Shown here: piece by piece, positions 1 through 8,373 of the stretch
Layout: every line of letters begins with the position of its first letter
How positions within the stretch are numbered: position 1 is the first letter of the stretch
Assembly: GCA_045863235.1 (NCBI GenBank)
Contig: BTUM01000022.1
Coordinates: 1-64,000 of the forward strand
Direction: 5' to 3'
Length of the DNA stretch: 64,000 bases
Source of the DNA: Candidatus Xenobia bacterium
GTDB taxonomy: Bacteria; Vulcanimicrobiota; Xenobia; Xenobiales; QWHO01
Position numbers and translations under genes: made by a program
The notes under the pieces: generated by a model
The model's database searches: none
The model's input: only the letters and a program-made list of their open reading frames with translations
Told to the model about the DNA's origin: nothing

Positions 1-109
1 CCGAGCAACCCGACTTGTCGTCGCTCTTCCCGCCGCAGCCGTCCTTGCCCGAGCAGCCCGACTTGTCGTCGCTCTTCCCACCGCAGCCGTCCTTGCCCGA
101 GCAGCCACT
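1..109. repeat. 48-bp in-frame tandem repeat, at least 2.2 copies
   Basis: cgacttgtcgtcgctcttcc...gtccttgcccgagcagcc repeated with a 48-bp period. Confidence 0.9.
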
Positions 110-211
110 CTTCTCTTTGTCTTGCTGGGCCAGGGTCGGCAGGGTGCTTCCTCCCGCCACCAGCCCCGCCACCGCGGCCGCCACCAGTTGGGTAAACTCC
201 CGTCTCTTCAT
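1..211 (-). CDS. Tat-signal small Cys-rich repeat protein (partial, runs off left edge); putative RiPP or metal-binding precursor
   Basis: Not in ORF track. ATG at 211 preceded by GGAGGA. Reads MKRREFTQLVAAAVAGLVAGGSTLPTLAQQDKEK, then (SGCSGKDGCGGKSDDK)x2 and SGCS; RRxF twin-arginine motif. Confidence 0.85.
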   Translation of the reverse strand, partial: MKRREFTQLVAAAVAGLVAGGSTLPTLAQQDKEKSGCSGKDGCGGKSDDKSGCSGKDGCGGKSDDKSGCS

Positions 212-279
212 GGGTTCCTCCAGTCAGATCGTACGCCCTTACAACGCCAGCAACCCTGGTCTTGTTCCCGAGGATGTTC

Positions 280-295
280 ACCGGACCTGTCCGGT
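280..295. promoter_or_regulatory. Palindrome ACCGGAC-CT-GTCCGGT upstream of the Cys-repeat gene; possible operator
   Basis: Perfect 7-bp inverted repeat about 70 bp upstream of the start codon. Confidence 0.3.
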
Positions 296-629
296 CTGGA
301 CAATGATAGGTCGGGAGCGCCAAGCGTCGGATGATGTTGCGTCCATCCAGCGTTACAAAGGAGGCGCTTTCTTGCGACCCAGATGAACGCACGGATTGGA
401 TCGCATCTTCTCTTCCGATGACACCACCTGTTGCTGGATTCTCGTTCGACCGAGTTTGCAGAGGGTGCGGCGGAGCAACCCGATTCTCGACGGGTCGAGC
501 TTCTGGCCCCCAAAACCACCCCGGTACCAGGCGTAGGCCCAGCTTCTCCGACCTGACCCTATCGTGTCGCCCATACTCGAATCCGCTGAATTTCGGCGGA
601 GACTTCGGCGCCTGCCCGGCCTCCCGGTC

Positions 630-663
630 AAAAGAAAACGCCCGCCCTCGTGGGCGGGCGTTT
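630..663 (-). terminator. Rho-independent terminator
   Basis: Stem aaacgcccgccc/gggcgggcgttt with 4-nt loop; U-tract on minus strand; just after the stop at 680. Confidence 0.85.
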
Positions 664-679
664 CGACTCGAGCGTGAGC

Positions 680-1270
680 CTACAGCCCGAACTCGTTCTT
701 CATCTTGACCCGGAACTTCTGACCTGAGCGCGTGACGGTCAGGCCGCGGTTGTCGATGCTGGCTACCAGGTAGCCGTCCACCGTCTGTCCGTTGGCGACG
801 ATGCGGGTTTCATCGGCCACCGCCAGCAGCGCCTTCATGCCCGAGTCGGAGCGCACGATGCCGCGCAGCTCGAACCTGGGCTCCTCGATCTCGGCCACCT
901 CGGCGTCCTTGGTGGCCGGACCGGCAACCTTGGAGTCCGCCGCCTTGTCAGCGTTGACAGCCTGCGGGTCCTTCTTGCGCTCGCTGGAGATCGGCGGCGG
1001 CAACTTTCCGTCCACGAACGGATTGACGAACGGGTCCTTGGTGATGCCGGTCTGGGCGGGGCGCGCCAGGGGGGCGGGAGCCTTGACCGGCTTCTCGGCC
1101 GGCGTCACCTCGGCCGGGGTGGGAGCGGAGTCGGGCTGGATGGCTACCGTCTCCTGGGGTTTGGGAGTGTTCTGAGCCTCGGTTTCGGTGCTCTGGGGAG
1201 TTCCGCAGCCCGTGCTCAGGAACAGGGAAAATCCGAGCAACGAAGCCGCCAATAGCGGTCGCATGGCCAT
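680..1270 (-). CDS. Lipoprotein with PilP/GspC-HR-like C-terminal domain
   Basis: Lipobox-like LSTGC; Pro-rich linker with DPF motif; C-terminal ELRGIV...ALL...RIVANGQTVDGYLVASIDNRGLTV; AAGGAGG RBS. Confidence 0.65.
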   Translation of the reverse strand: MAMRPLLAASLLGFSLFLSTGCGTPQSTETEAQNTPKPQETVAIQPDSAPTPAEVTPAEKPVKAPAPLARPAQTGITKDPFVNPFVDGKLPPPISSERKKDPQAVNADKAADSKVAGPATKDAEVAEIEEPRFELRGIVRSDSGMKALLAVADETRIVANGQTVDGYLVASIDNRGLTVTRSGQKFRVKMKNEFGL

Positions 1271-1468
1271 GAGTGCCTCCTTGGTGGGAATGGTGTAAGT
1301 TCATGGAGTGCAAACCCGGACTCCCGGTTGTCTGGATTGCCCTCGCCCCCCTTTGTCGCCCTTCTGGCGCACTTCTTCCCGGTCGGGTCAAAAAAAGGTT
1401 GCTCGGGGGCACGAAGCCGAATCTTACAGGTCCAGAACTCTTTAAGGGGCCCGCGAGACAATCCGCTT

Positions 1469-3586
1469 ATGATGAACCCCCTGCGTTCCGACGTCGACGC
1501 CCGCAAGCTGGCCCAGCAGTCGCTGGACGGCTCGAACTCCGAGATCCAGAAGTCGCTTGCCCGGCTCTCGCGTGAGGCGCCCAGCGAAGACGTCCAGGAC
1601 GTGGCCTCGGTCGGCCTGTCGGCCATGCAGGGGGTGCAGGGGGACGACAAGCTGGCCGAGCTCTCGCGCCGTCGGGCCGGTCGAGCCAGCCTCGAGGTGG
1701 TGCGCGACCAGGATTATCGCGGCCTGCATGCGGCCGCCCGCGCCGGCGAGGAGATCACAGACCCCAGCAAGGCTTACGCCCCCCTGCTCGCCTCCACCGA
1801 AGCGGTCATCAAGAACATGCTGAGCTCCTCCATCCCCGGCCCGGTGGGCGCCGCCCTGGCCCTGGCCCTGGACCTGGGTCAGGAGATCAAGAAGCCCGGC
1901 CACACCACCACCGACCACTCCGCCTTCAACGTCGACGCCCCCCATCACAGCATCGGCCCGGGCTGCGGCTACGACTTCGTGGGCCTGTCCGGCGTCTACC
2001 ACGCCGCCTTCAGCTCGGTGGCCATGCAAAGGGATGTCACCACCGCGCCCGAGCTGGCCTCGCTGGGCAGCTCGATGCTGCTCTACGTGGATGAGGGCAA
2101 CCGCCGCTACCAGACCGAGACGGGGGGCTACTCCAGCCCACCCGATACCTCTCAGGTCGTGGCCCGCGAGCTGTTCGGACGCCTCAAGGCCGAGGCCCCG
2201 GTCTGGAGCGACCTGGGCCTGCACCTGGCCAACGCCGGTCCCGACGCCGAGGGCGCCCGGGCGGTGCTGGACGCTATCGCCGAGGAGCGCCCGGCCGACC
2301 CCCTCAATATCCTGGCGCTGGGTCGCCAGGTGCTGTCCCAACTGCCCGAGGAGCGCCGCGAAACATTCGCCACCCGAGTGCTCGACCTGGCCTCGGCCCA
2401 GCCCGACGAGGGGCCCACGAAGGGCCTGGTAGGAGAGCTGATCGAGCGCATCCGCACGGGCCAGTCCAGCGCCGCTCAGGCGGTGAGCGAGGGCCTCGAC
2501 CAGCTCGGCGAGCGCTCCGGCGACAGCTGGGTGGTGCACGGGAAGACCCGCTCCGGGGTGGGTGGTGTGCACGTTGAGGGAGACCGGGTCTCGGTACCCG
2601 GCGCCAACCTCAAGCGCCGCCAGGCGGCCGAGTCTCAGGAGCAATCAGGCGGCCCTCGCCCCGATCCTGAGACCGTGCGCGCCGCCGTGGAGCAGATGCT
2701 GAACGAGCAGCAGGCCCCCAATCCTTCCGCCTCCGAGGCGGCTGGCCGTCGCCCCGACCCTGAGGTCGTGCGCGCCGCCGTCGAGCAGATGCTGAACGAG
2801 CAGCGGGCCGCCGAGGAAAGCGAGCAGGCCCGGCAAGAGGCCCCTGCGCCGCAAACCGAGCCTCCTCCCCAGCCCAGCCAGCAGCGAGCGCCCGAGCCGC
2901 CTCCCCAGCCCGGCCAGCAGCAAGCGTCCGAGCCCCCTCCCGGCCAGCAGCAGCCCCAGGCCAGGCCGCAAGCGCCCCGCCCCACCTCGGGTCCGGCCTA
3001 CGACCCCGCCCTGTTCGGCGCGCCTCAGCAGGTTCAATACAACCCCAACCTCTTCGGAGCTCCTCAGAGCGTCCCGTTCGACCCTCGCCTGTTCGGAGCG
3101 CCCCAGCCCACCGGCTGGCCGGCCGACCCCTCGATGACCATGGACCCGCGCATGATGCAAGACCCCCGCTTCGGCGGGATGGACCCCCGCATGATGGATC
3201 CGCGCATGATGCAGGACCCCCGCTTCGGCGGGATGGACCCCCGCATGATGGACCCGCGCATGATGCAGGACCCCCGCTTCGGCGGGATGGACCCCCGCAT
3301 GCTGGATCCGCGCATGCAAGACCCCCGCTTCGGCGGGATGGATCCCCGCATGATGGACCCTCGCTTCGGCGGGATGGACCCCCGCATGCAGGGCGGCCAG
3401 TGGCCCTACCAGGCCCCGCCCCCCGACCCCTACCCGAGCGGCCGCCCTTACTCCATCAGCGTGAATCACGCCGGGCAGGGCCCGCACAGCTTCGTGCCCC
3501 AACAATCGCGTATGTCGGGCTGGAAGATCGCGGCCCTGGCCGTAGGCGGCCTGGTGGGCGTGCCGCTCTTGCTGTCGATGTTCTAG
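1469..3586 (+). CDS. Large hypothetical protein: flagellin-like N-terminus, Pro/Gln-rich region, MDPR repeats, C-terminal TM helix
   Basis: GC3-biased ORF; start moved to ATGATG at 1469; ends WKIAALAVGGLVGVPLLLSMF. Confidence 0.8.
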   Translation: MMNPLRSDVDARKLAQQSLDGSNSEIQKSLARLSREAPSEDVQDVASVGLSAMQGVQGDDKLAELSRRRAGRASLEVVRDQDYRGLHAAARAGEEITDPSKAYAPLLASTEAVIKNMLSSSIPGPVGAALALALDLGQEIKKPGHTTTDHSAFNVDAPHHSIGPGCGYDFVGLSGVYHAAFSSVAMQRDVTTAPELASLGSSMLLYVDEGNRRYQTETGGYSSPPDTSQVVARELFGRLKAEAPVWSDLGLHLANAGPDAEGARAVLDAIAEERPADPLNILALGRQVLSQLPEERRETFATRVLDLASAQPDEGPTKGLVGELIERIRTGQSSAAQAVSEGLDQLGERSGDSWVVHGKTRSGVGGVHVEGDRVSVPGANLKRRQAAESQEQSGGPRPDPETVRAAVEQMLNEQQAPNPSASEAAGRRPDPEVVRAAVEQMLNEQRAAEESEQARQEAPAPQTEPPPQPSQQRAPEPPPQPGQQQASEPPPGQQQPQARPQAPRPTSGPAYDPALFGAPQQVQYNPNLFGAPQSVPFDPRLFGAPQPTGWPADPSMTMDPRMMQDPRFGGMDPRMMDPRMMQDPRFGGMDPRMMDPRMMQDPRFGGMDPRMLDPRMQDPRFGGMDPRMMDPRFGGMDPRMQGGQWPYQAPPPDPYPSGRPYSISVNHAGQGPHSFVPQQSRMSGWKIAALAVGGLVGVPLLLSMF
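3140..3391 (+). repeat. In-frame MDPRMMQDPRFGGMDPRM repeats (54-bp unit, 14 DPR tripeptides)
   Basis: Directly visible in DNA and protein. Confidence 0.9.
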
Positions 3587-3693
3587 CAGACCGACCAAGC
3601 AGCGGTGCCCCCGGCTCGTGCCGGTCGAACGCCCGTCAGATCCTGATCCCGCCTGGAATTGTGCCCGTCGCCGTTGGCGGGCCGAGAGCGAGC

Positions 3694-4554
3694 TCAGTGC
3701 CCCTGGTAAGCCTTCTCGCCCGCCTCCACCGCGAACGGCAGCGAGTTCTGAGCCGGCGGACGCGGGCAGGTGGCAAAGTGGGTGAAGGCGCACGGCGGGT
3801 TGTAGGCGCGGTTGAAGTCGATCACCACACGCCCTTCCTCGTCGGGCGGCTCCACGGAGAGAAAGCGCCCGCCCGCATAGCTCCCGTGGCCGTTGCTGGC
3901 GTCGGAGAAGATGACGAAGAAGCTGGTTTCGCCTTCTTCTTGCACGGGCTCGAGCTGGTAGGGCTTCCCCGCGTGCTCGAACGTGAGCAATCCGGGCGAG
4001 CGCTCGCGGGTATCCACGCCCAGCACGTTGGGCACCATGATGGTGCGGGGAGCCTTCTGGAATCGCCCCGTCAGGCGCCAGCTCGGGTCCACCGGATAGC
4101 GCTCGATGCCCCGGAATCCGGTCAAGATCGGGCTGGCCGAGTCCACCAGGCGCAGGCCCGGCTGCCCGTTGCGCACGATCAGATACCAGCTCAGCGTGCC
4201 CAGAGAGAACCTCGTCTTGCCCTCGGGCTCTTTCAGGTCCAGCGGTCCGTCCCGGGCGGGCTCCACCCCTGGCCCGGTCTGCAGGCTGACCGAGCCGTCC
4301 TGGCCCACCCGGTAGGTGCCCATGAAGGGGGCGCCCGAAGGGAAGACGAGCTTGTTGGAGTGATCGGTCCCGAAGGTGTTGGCGCCCGGCTCCAGCCAGA
4401 GCAGCCCCACCAGGGCGAGCCAGCCGTCCGGGCGGGTGAGAGATTCAATTCGCTTCTGGTGCCAGGCGTCCACCGATCGCACGTAGCCGTCCTCCTCGGC
4501 CATGGCCGTCAGGATGAGCGTGCAGAGCAGCAGGCAAGAAAGCAGGCGGGGCAT
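3694..4554 (-). CDS. DUF1684 family protein with signal peptide
   Basis: GWLALVGLLWL, SYAGGRFL, DFNRAYNPPCAFTHFATCPRPP, VEAGEK motifs; real start is MPRLLSC. Confidence 0.9.
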   Translation of the reverse strand: MPRLLSCLLLCTLILTAMAEEDGYVRSVDAWHQKRIESLTRPDGWLALVGLLWLEPGANTFGTDHSNKLVFPSGAPFMGTYRVGQDGSVSLQTGPGVEPARDGPLDLKEPEGKTRFSLGTLSWYLIVRNGQPGLRLVDSASPILTGFRGIERYPVDPSWRLTGRFQKAPRTIMVPNVLGVDTRERSPGLLTFEHAGKPYQLEPVQEEGETSFFVIFSDASNGHGSYAGGRFLSVEPPDEEGRVVIDFNRAYNPPCAFTHFATCPRPPAQNSLPFAVEAGEKAYQGH

Positions 4555-4580
4555 GGCGCGCGCCCCTTCTGGCTGTGCCT

Positions 4581-5660
4581 CTACGCCCCCTCCCGAAAGC
4601 GCAGCGCTTGCTCCGGCATCGGCAAGGCAGGGCGGGGCAACCCCGCCGGCGTGCCGGCCAGAATGGGAACGTGGGCAAAGCGCAGTCCCGGGCCCCCGGC
4701 CAGCCAGCCCACCAGCTCCTCGGGCCGCGACAGCCGGGTCACCTCCGGATAGCCGCAGGCCGAGGCCAGAGCGCACCAGTCCATCCCGGCGCTGGCGGTG
4801 GGCTGGCCCCCGGTCGAGTCGTGGCAGCGATTGTCCAGCAGCACGTGCACCAGGTTGGGCGGCCGCAGCATCCCGGCCGTGGCCAGCGAGCCGAGGCGCA
4901 TCAAGAGTGCCCCGTCCCCGTCCAGCACCAGCACGCGCAGCTCCGGCCGGGTCAGCGCCAATCCCAGCCCCAGGCTGAGGGCGCAGCCCATCGAGCCCGC
5001 CATGGAGAACTGGTTGGCCCGATCCTCCAGCGCATAGAGCTCGCGCCCGGTATAGCCCGTGGTGGCGATCAGCCGATCCGACGCGGAGGTGCACGACTGC
5101 ACCGCCGCCAGCATCGCGCGCCGGCTCGCCACCGGCTCCAGCCCCGACCCCGAGCCCGCTGCCCCCGCAAAAGCCGACCCTCCCGAGCCAGCGGCCCCCG
5201 CAAAAGCCGACCCTCCCGAGCCAGCTGCCCCCGCAAAAGCCGACCCCCCCGAGCCGGCTGCCCCCGCAAAAGCCGACCCCCCCGAGCCGGCTGCCCCCGA
5301 AAGCTGCAGCACCGCGAAGCTCCGTCGCGAAGCCAGCACCGGGGCAGCCTCCCCCGAGCACGCGATCCCCATCTGCTCCAGCATAGGCCGTGTCAGCGCC
5401 CCCATCAGCTCGTGCTGGGGCTCGTCCGTGCGCACCGAGACCACCAGCAGCACCGGGATGGCGAACGGTACCACCAGCGAGGTGAGCGGGTTGACGGCGT
5501 TGCCCAGCCCCGAGCTTTGCATCAGCACCCCGCCCTGAGCGCCGCCAAGCCAGGCGCCCGCGGCCATGGCCACCGCATCCCCCTCGTTGGCTGCCATCAG
5601 GTAGCCCGAAGAGGCAAGGCGCGAGCAGGGCACTCCGGCCCACAGGCTGACCCTATCCAT
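4581..5660 (-). CDS. aepY: Phosphonopyruvate/sulfopyruvate decarboxylase-like ThDP enzyme
   Basis: GVPCS, NEGDAVAMAAG, MQSSGLGNAVNPLTSL, DEPQHELMG, TTGYTGREL, GSMG, DGDGALLM, HDSTGGQPT. Confidence 0.8.
   Translation of the reverse strand: MDRVSLWAGVPCSRLASSGYLMAANEGDAVAMAAGAWLGGAQGGVLMQSSGLGNAVNPLTSLVVPFAIPVLLVVSVRTDEPQHELMGALTRPMLEQMGIACSGEAAPVLASRRSFAVLQLSGAAGSGGSAFAGAAGSGGSAFAGAAGSGGSAFAGAAGSGGSAFAGAAGSGSGLEPVASRRAMLAAVQSCTSASDRLIATTGYTGRELYALEDRANQFSMAGSMGCALSLGLGLALTRPELRVLVLDGDGALLMRLGSLATAGMLRPPNLVHVLLDNRCHDSTGGQPTASAGMDWCALASACGYPEVTRLSRPEELVGWLAGGPGLRFAHVPILAGTPAGLPRPALPMPEQALRFREGA
5149..5299. repeat. 33-bp in-frame tandem repeat (GAAGSGGSAFA, about 4.5 copies)
   Basis: cccgagcc..ctgcccccgcaaaagccgacc repeated. 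Confidence 0.9.
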
Positions 5661-5721
5661 CGGCCGACCGCGTTCGCCCAGACGGCGGGGATTCCCGCCC
5701 CGAGCGGAGAAGCGCCCCCCC

Positions 5722-6771
5722 ATGGACACGCGCAACATTCTCATCTTTGTGCACGGCATCATGCTCGAAGAGCACCCTCCCCTGGGCCGGGCCCAGTATC
5801 GCCTGCTCTGGGACGTCATCGAGGAGAGCCACCCCGAGCTCGGCCAGCGTTTCGAGGACGTGGATCGGCTCGAGATCGAGTGGGGCAAGTTCGTGCGCGA
5901 CACCATCGAGCCTGACCAGTGGATCAACCTGGCCGAAGAGCACCTCGCGCGCATCCTCGACCCCGACGAGGTGCGCAAGAACCCCAATCCCAACAACCTG
6001 ATCCTGCCCCAGCGCCGGGCCACGATCCCCACCCGGGCCTGGGACAGCATGGTGGGGCCCCTGCGCCAGATCCTGCTCATCCGCGGGCTGGGGGACATGT
6101 TCTACTACTGTGGCTCTGACGGGCAGATCGCCGTGCAGCTCTCGGTCTTCCACCAGATTCTGGAGGCCATGGAGGCCTATCGCCACCTCGAGCACGTCCA
6201 GCTGCGCCTGCACGTGGTGGCTCACAGCCTGGGCGTGTCCATCGCCAACGACTTCCTCCACGCTCTCTTTTCGCCCCACGGGGCCCGCCTCAGGGGCCAG
6301 GGCGAGGTGCGCCTGCCCCGCTTCTTCCGCACCGACGTCTTGAAGGCTCGTCGCGAGCTGACCCTGGAGCGGCTGGCCTTCTGGCGGAACCATCCCGAGC
6401 GGCTGCAGCTGGGGGCCATCGCCAGCCTGGGCTCCTCGCTGCCGCTGCTGATTTTGCGCAGCCAGCGGGTGGTGGACCTGCTGGCCACCGGCAACACCTT
6501 GCCCGTGGACGAGCTGGGCATCCATCCCGAGGGGCGCGAGATCGTCTGGAAGAACTTCTATGACGACCTGGACCCCCTGTCCTTGCCCGTGCGCCCGCTG
6601 TTTGGCGACCACGCCACCGTGCAGGACATCCAGGTGCGCTCGGGAGAGGATCCGTGGGGCACTCAAGCCTACTGGGGCTGTCCTGACGTGCAGATGCACG
6701 TGGCCGAGCTTCTGGCCCGGCGGGCCGCGGTGCCGGCCCCTCCAGTCGAGCTTTATCCGACTTTTGGATGA
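5722..6771 (+). CDS. Alpha/beta-hydrolase-fold protein
   Basis: IFVHGI, VVAHSLG nucleophile elbow, SLGS, WKNFYDDLDPL. Confidence 0.75.
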   Translation: MDTRNILIFVHGIMLEEHPPLGRAQYRLLWDVIEESHPELGQRFEDVDRLEIEWGKFVRDTIEPDQWINLAEEHLARILDPDEVRKNPNPNNLILPQRRATIPTRAWDSMVGPLRQILLIRGLGDMFYYCGSDGQIAVQLSVFHQILEAMEAYRHLEHVQLRLHVVAHSLGVSIANDFLHALFSPHGARLRGQGEVRLPRFFRTDVLKARRELTLERLAFWRNHPERLQLGAIASLGSSLPLLILRSQRVVDLLATGNTLPVDELGIHPEGREIVWKNFYDDLDPLSLPVRPLFGDHATVQDIQVRSGEDPWGTQAYWGCPDVQMHVAELLARRAAVPAPPVELYPTFG

Positions 6772-6834
6772 AGGACTCTCGCCCCGTAGAGCAAAACCGA
6801 GCGCCTCACGGGGAAACATCCGAGGAGGTTCGAT

Positions 6835-8373
6835 TTGGCGCGCAGGAGAGTGGTGATCGTGGGGGCCGGTCCAGGAGGTCTGGCGGCATCGCTCCTGCTG
6901 GCGCAGGCGGGCCTCGAGGTGCAGGTGATCGAGCGGCTCGACCGCGTGGGTGGACGCAACTCGGCCCTCGAGGCTGACGGATTCCGCTTCGATCGCGGTC
7001 CCACGTTCTTTCTCTACCCTCGCATCCTGCAGGAGATCTTCGCCGCGCTGGGCAGGGACCTGTTCCAGGAAGTGCCCATGGTGCGCCTCGACCCGCAGTA
7101 CAGGCTGGTCTTTGGGGCCGGCGGCGAGCTGCTCTGCACCCCCAACCTGCTTCGCATGCAGTCCGAGATCGCTCGCCTCTGCCCGCAGGACGCCCCCCGC
7201 CTGCACAACTTCATGCACGAGAACCGGGCCAAGTTGAACGGCTTCGCCCCCATCCTGGAGTCGCCCATGGAGGGGTGGCGCGACCTCTTGCGCTGGGAAG
7301 TCCTCCGCCTTCTGCCGATGCTGCGCCCCTGGCTGGCGGTGGATCAAGACCTGCGCCGCTACTTCTCGGATCCTCGCGTGCGGCTCGCTTTCAGCTTCCA
7401 GAGCAAGTACCTGGGCATGTCCCCTTTCCAGTGCCCGAGCCTCTTTACCATCCTCAGCTTTCTCGAGTACGAGCACGGCGTCTTCCACCCCATGGGCGGC
7501 TGCGCAGCGGTGTGCGAGCGCATGGAGCAGATCGCCCGCGAGATGGGCGTGCAGTTCGCGCTGGGTGAAGAGGTGGAGGAGGTCTTGTGCCAGGGACGGC
7601 GGGCGCACGGCGTGCGCACCAGGAACGGCAACTACTGGGCCGATGCGCTGGTCATCAACGCCGACTTCGCCCGGGCCATGACCCGGCTGGTGCCCTCCTC
7701 GCTTCGCAAGCGCTGGTCCGATCACAAGATCGCCAGCAAGAAGTTCAGCTGCTCCACGGTCATGCTCTATCTGGGCGTGCAGGGCAGCTTTCCCGAGCTC
7801 TCCCACCACACCATCTACATCAGCCACGACTACGCCGGCAATCTGCGCGACATCACCCGCGACTACAAGCTCACCGCCGACCCTTCGTTTTACGTGCAGA
7901 ACGCCTCGGTCACCGATCCGAGCCTGGCTCCCGCGGGCCACTCGGCCCTCTACTGCCTCTTCCCGGTGCCCCACCTGCACGAGAACATCGACTGGCGGGC
8001 CCAGAAGGAGAGCTTCCGCAAACTGGCCCTGGAGCAGCTCAAGAAGATCGGCCTTCCCGATCTCACCGAGCGCATCGTGTATGAGCAGGTCTTCACTCCC
8101 CTCGACTGGGAGGCGATGGAGATCTTCCGGGGAGCCACCTTCAGCATGGCCCACAACCTGGGCCAGATGCTCCACCTGCGGCCCCACAACCGCTTCGAGG
8201 AGCTCGACGGGGTCTATCTCGTGGGCGGGGGAACCCACCCTGGCAGCGGCCTGCCGGTCATCTTCAGCTCGGCCCGCATCAGCTCGATGCTGCTGTGCCA
8301 GGACATGGGCCTGAAGGTCGACTGGAACCCTCCGCTGGCCTTCAAGTCACGTCATCAGGAGGTACTCAGATGA
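6835..8373 (+). CDS. crtI: Phytoene desaturase family protein (CrtN/CrtI-like)
   Basis: GAGPGG FAD motif, FDRGPT, FQSKYLGMSP, GGGTHPGSGLPVI. Confidence 0.92.
   Translation: MARRRVVIVGAGPGGLAASLLLAQAGLEVQVIERLDRVGGRNSALEADGFRFDRGPTFFLYPRILQEIFAALGRDLFQEVPMVRLDPQYRLVFGAGGELLCTPNLLRMQSEIARLCPQDAPRLHNFMHENRAKLNGFAPILESPMEGWRDLLRWEVLRLLPMLRPWLAVDQDLRRYFSDPRVRLAFSFQSKYLGMSPFQCPSLFTILSFLEYEHGVFHPMGGCAAVCERMEQIAREMGVQFALGEEVEEVLCQGRRAHGVRTRNGNYWADALVINADFARAMTRLVPSSLRKRWSDHKIASKKFSCSTVMLYLGVQGSFPELSHHTIYISHDYAGNLRDITRDYKLTADPSFYVQNASVTDPSLAPAGHSALYCLFPVPHLHENIDWRAQKESFRKLALEQLKKIGLPDLTERIVYEQVFTPLDWEAMEIFRGATFSMAHNLGQMLHLRPHNRFEELDGVYLVGGGTHPGSGLPVIFSSARISSMLLCQDMGLKVDWNPPLAFKSRHQEVLR

Noticed and set aside
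300..629. Riboswitch or tRNA in the intergenic region
   Set aside because: No cloverleaf or known riboswitch consensus recognised
3694..5643. 649-aa DUF1684 fusion
   Set aside because: Upstream part is an off-frame read of the decarboxylase gene; the signal peptide starts at 4554
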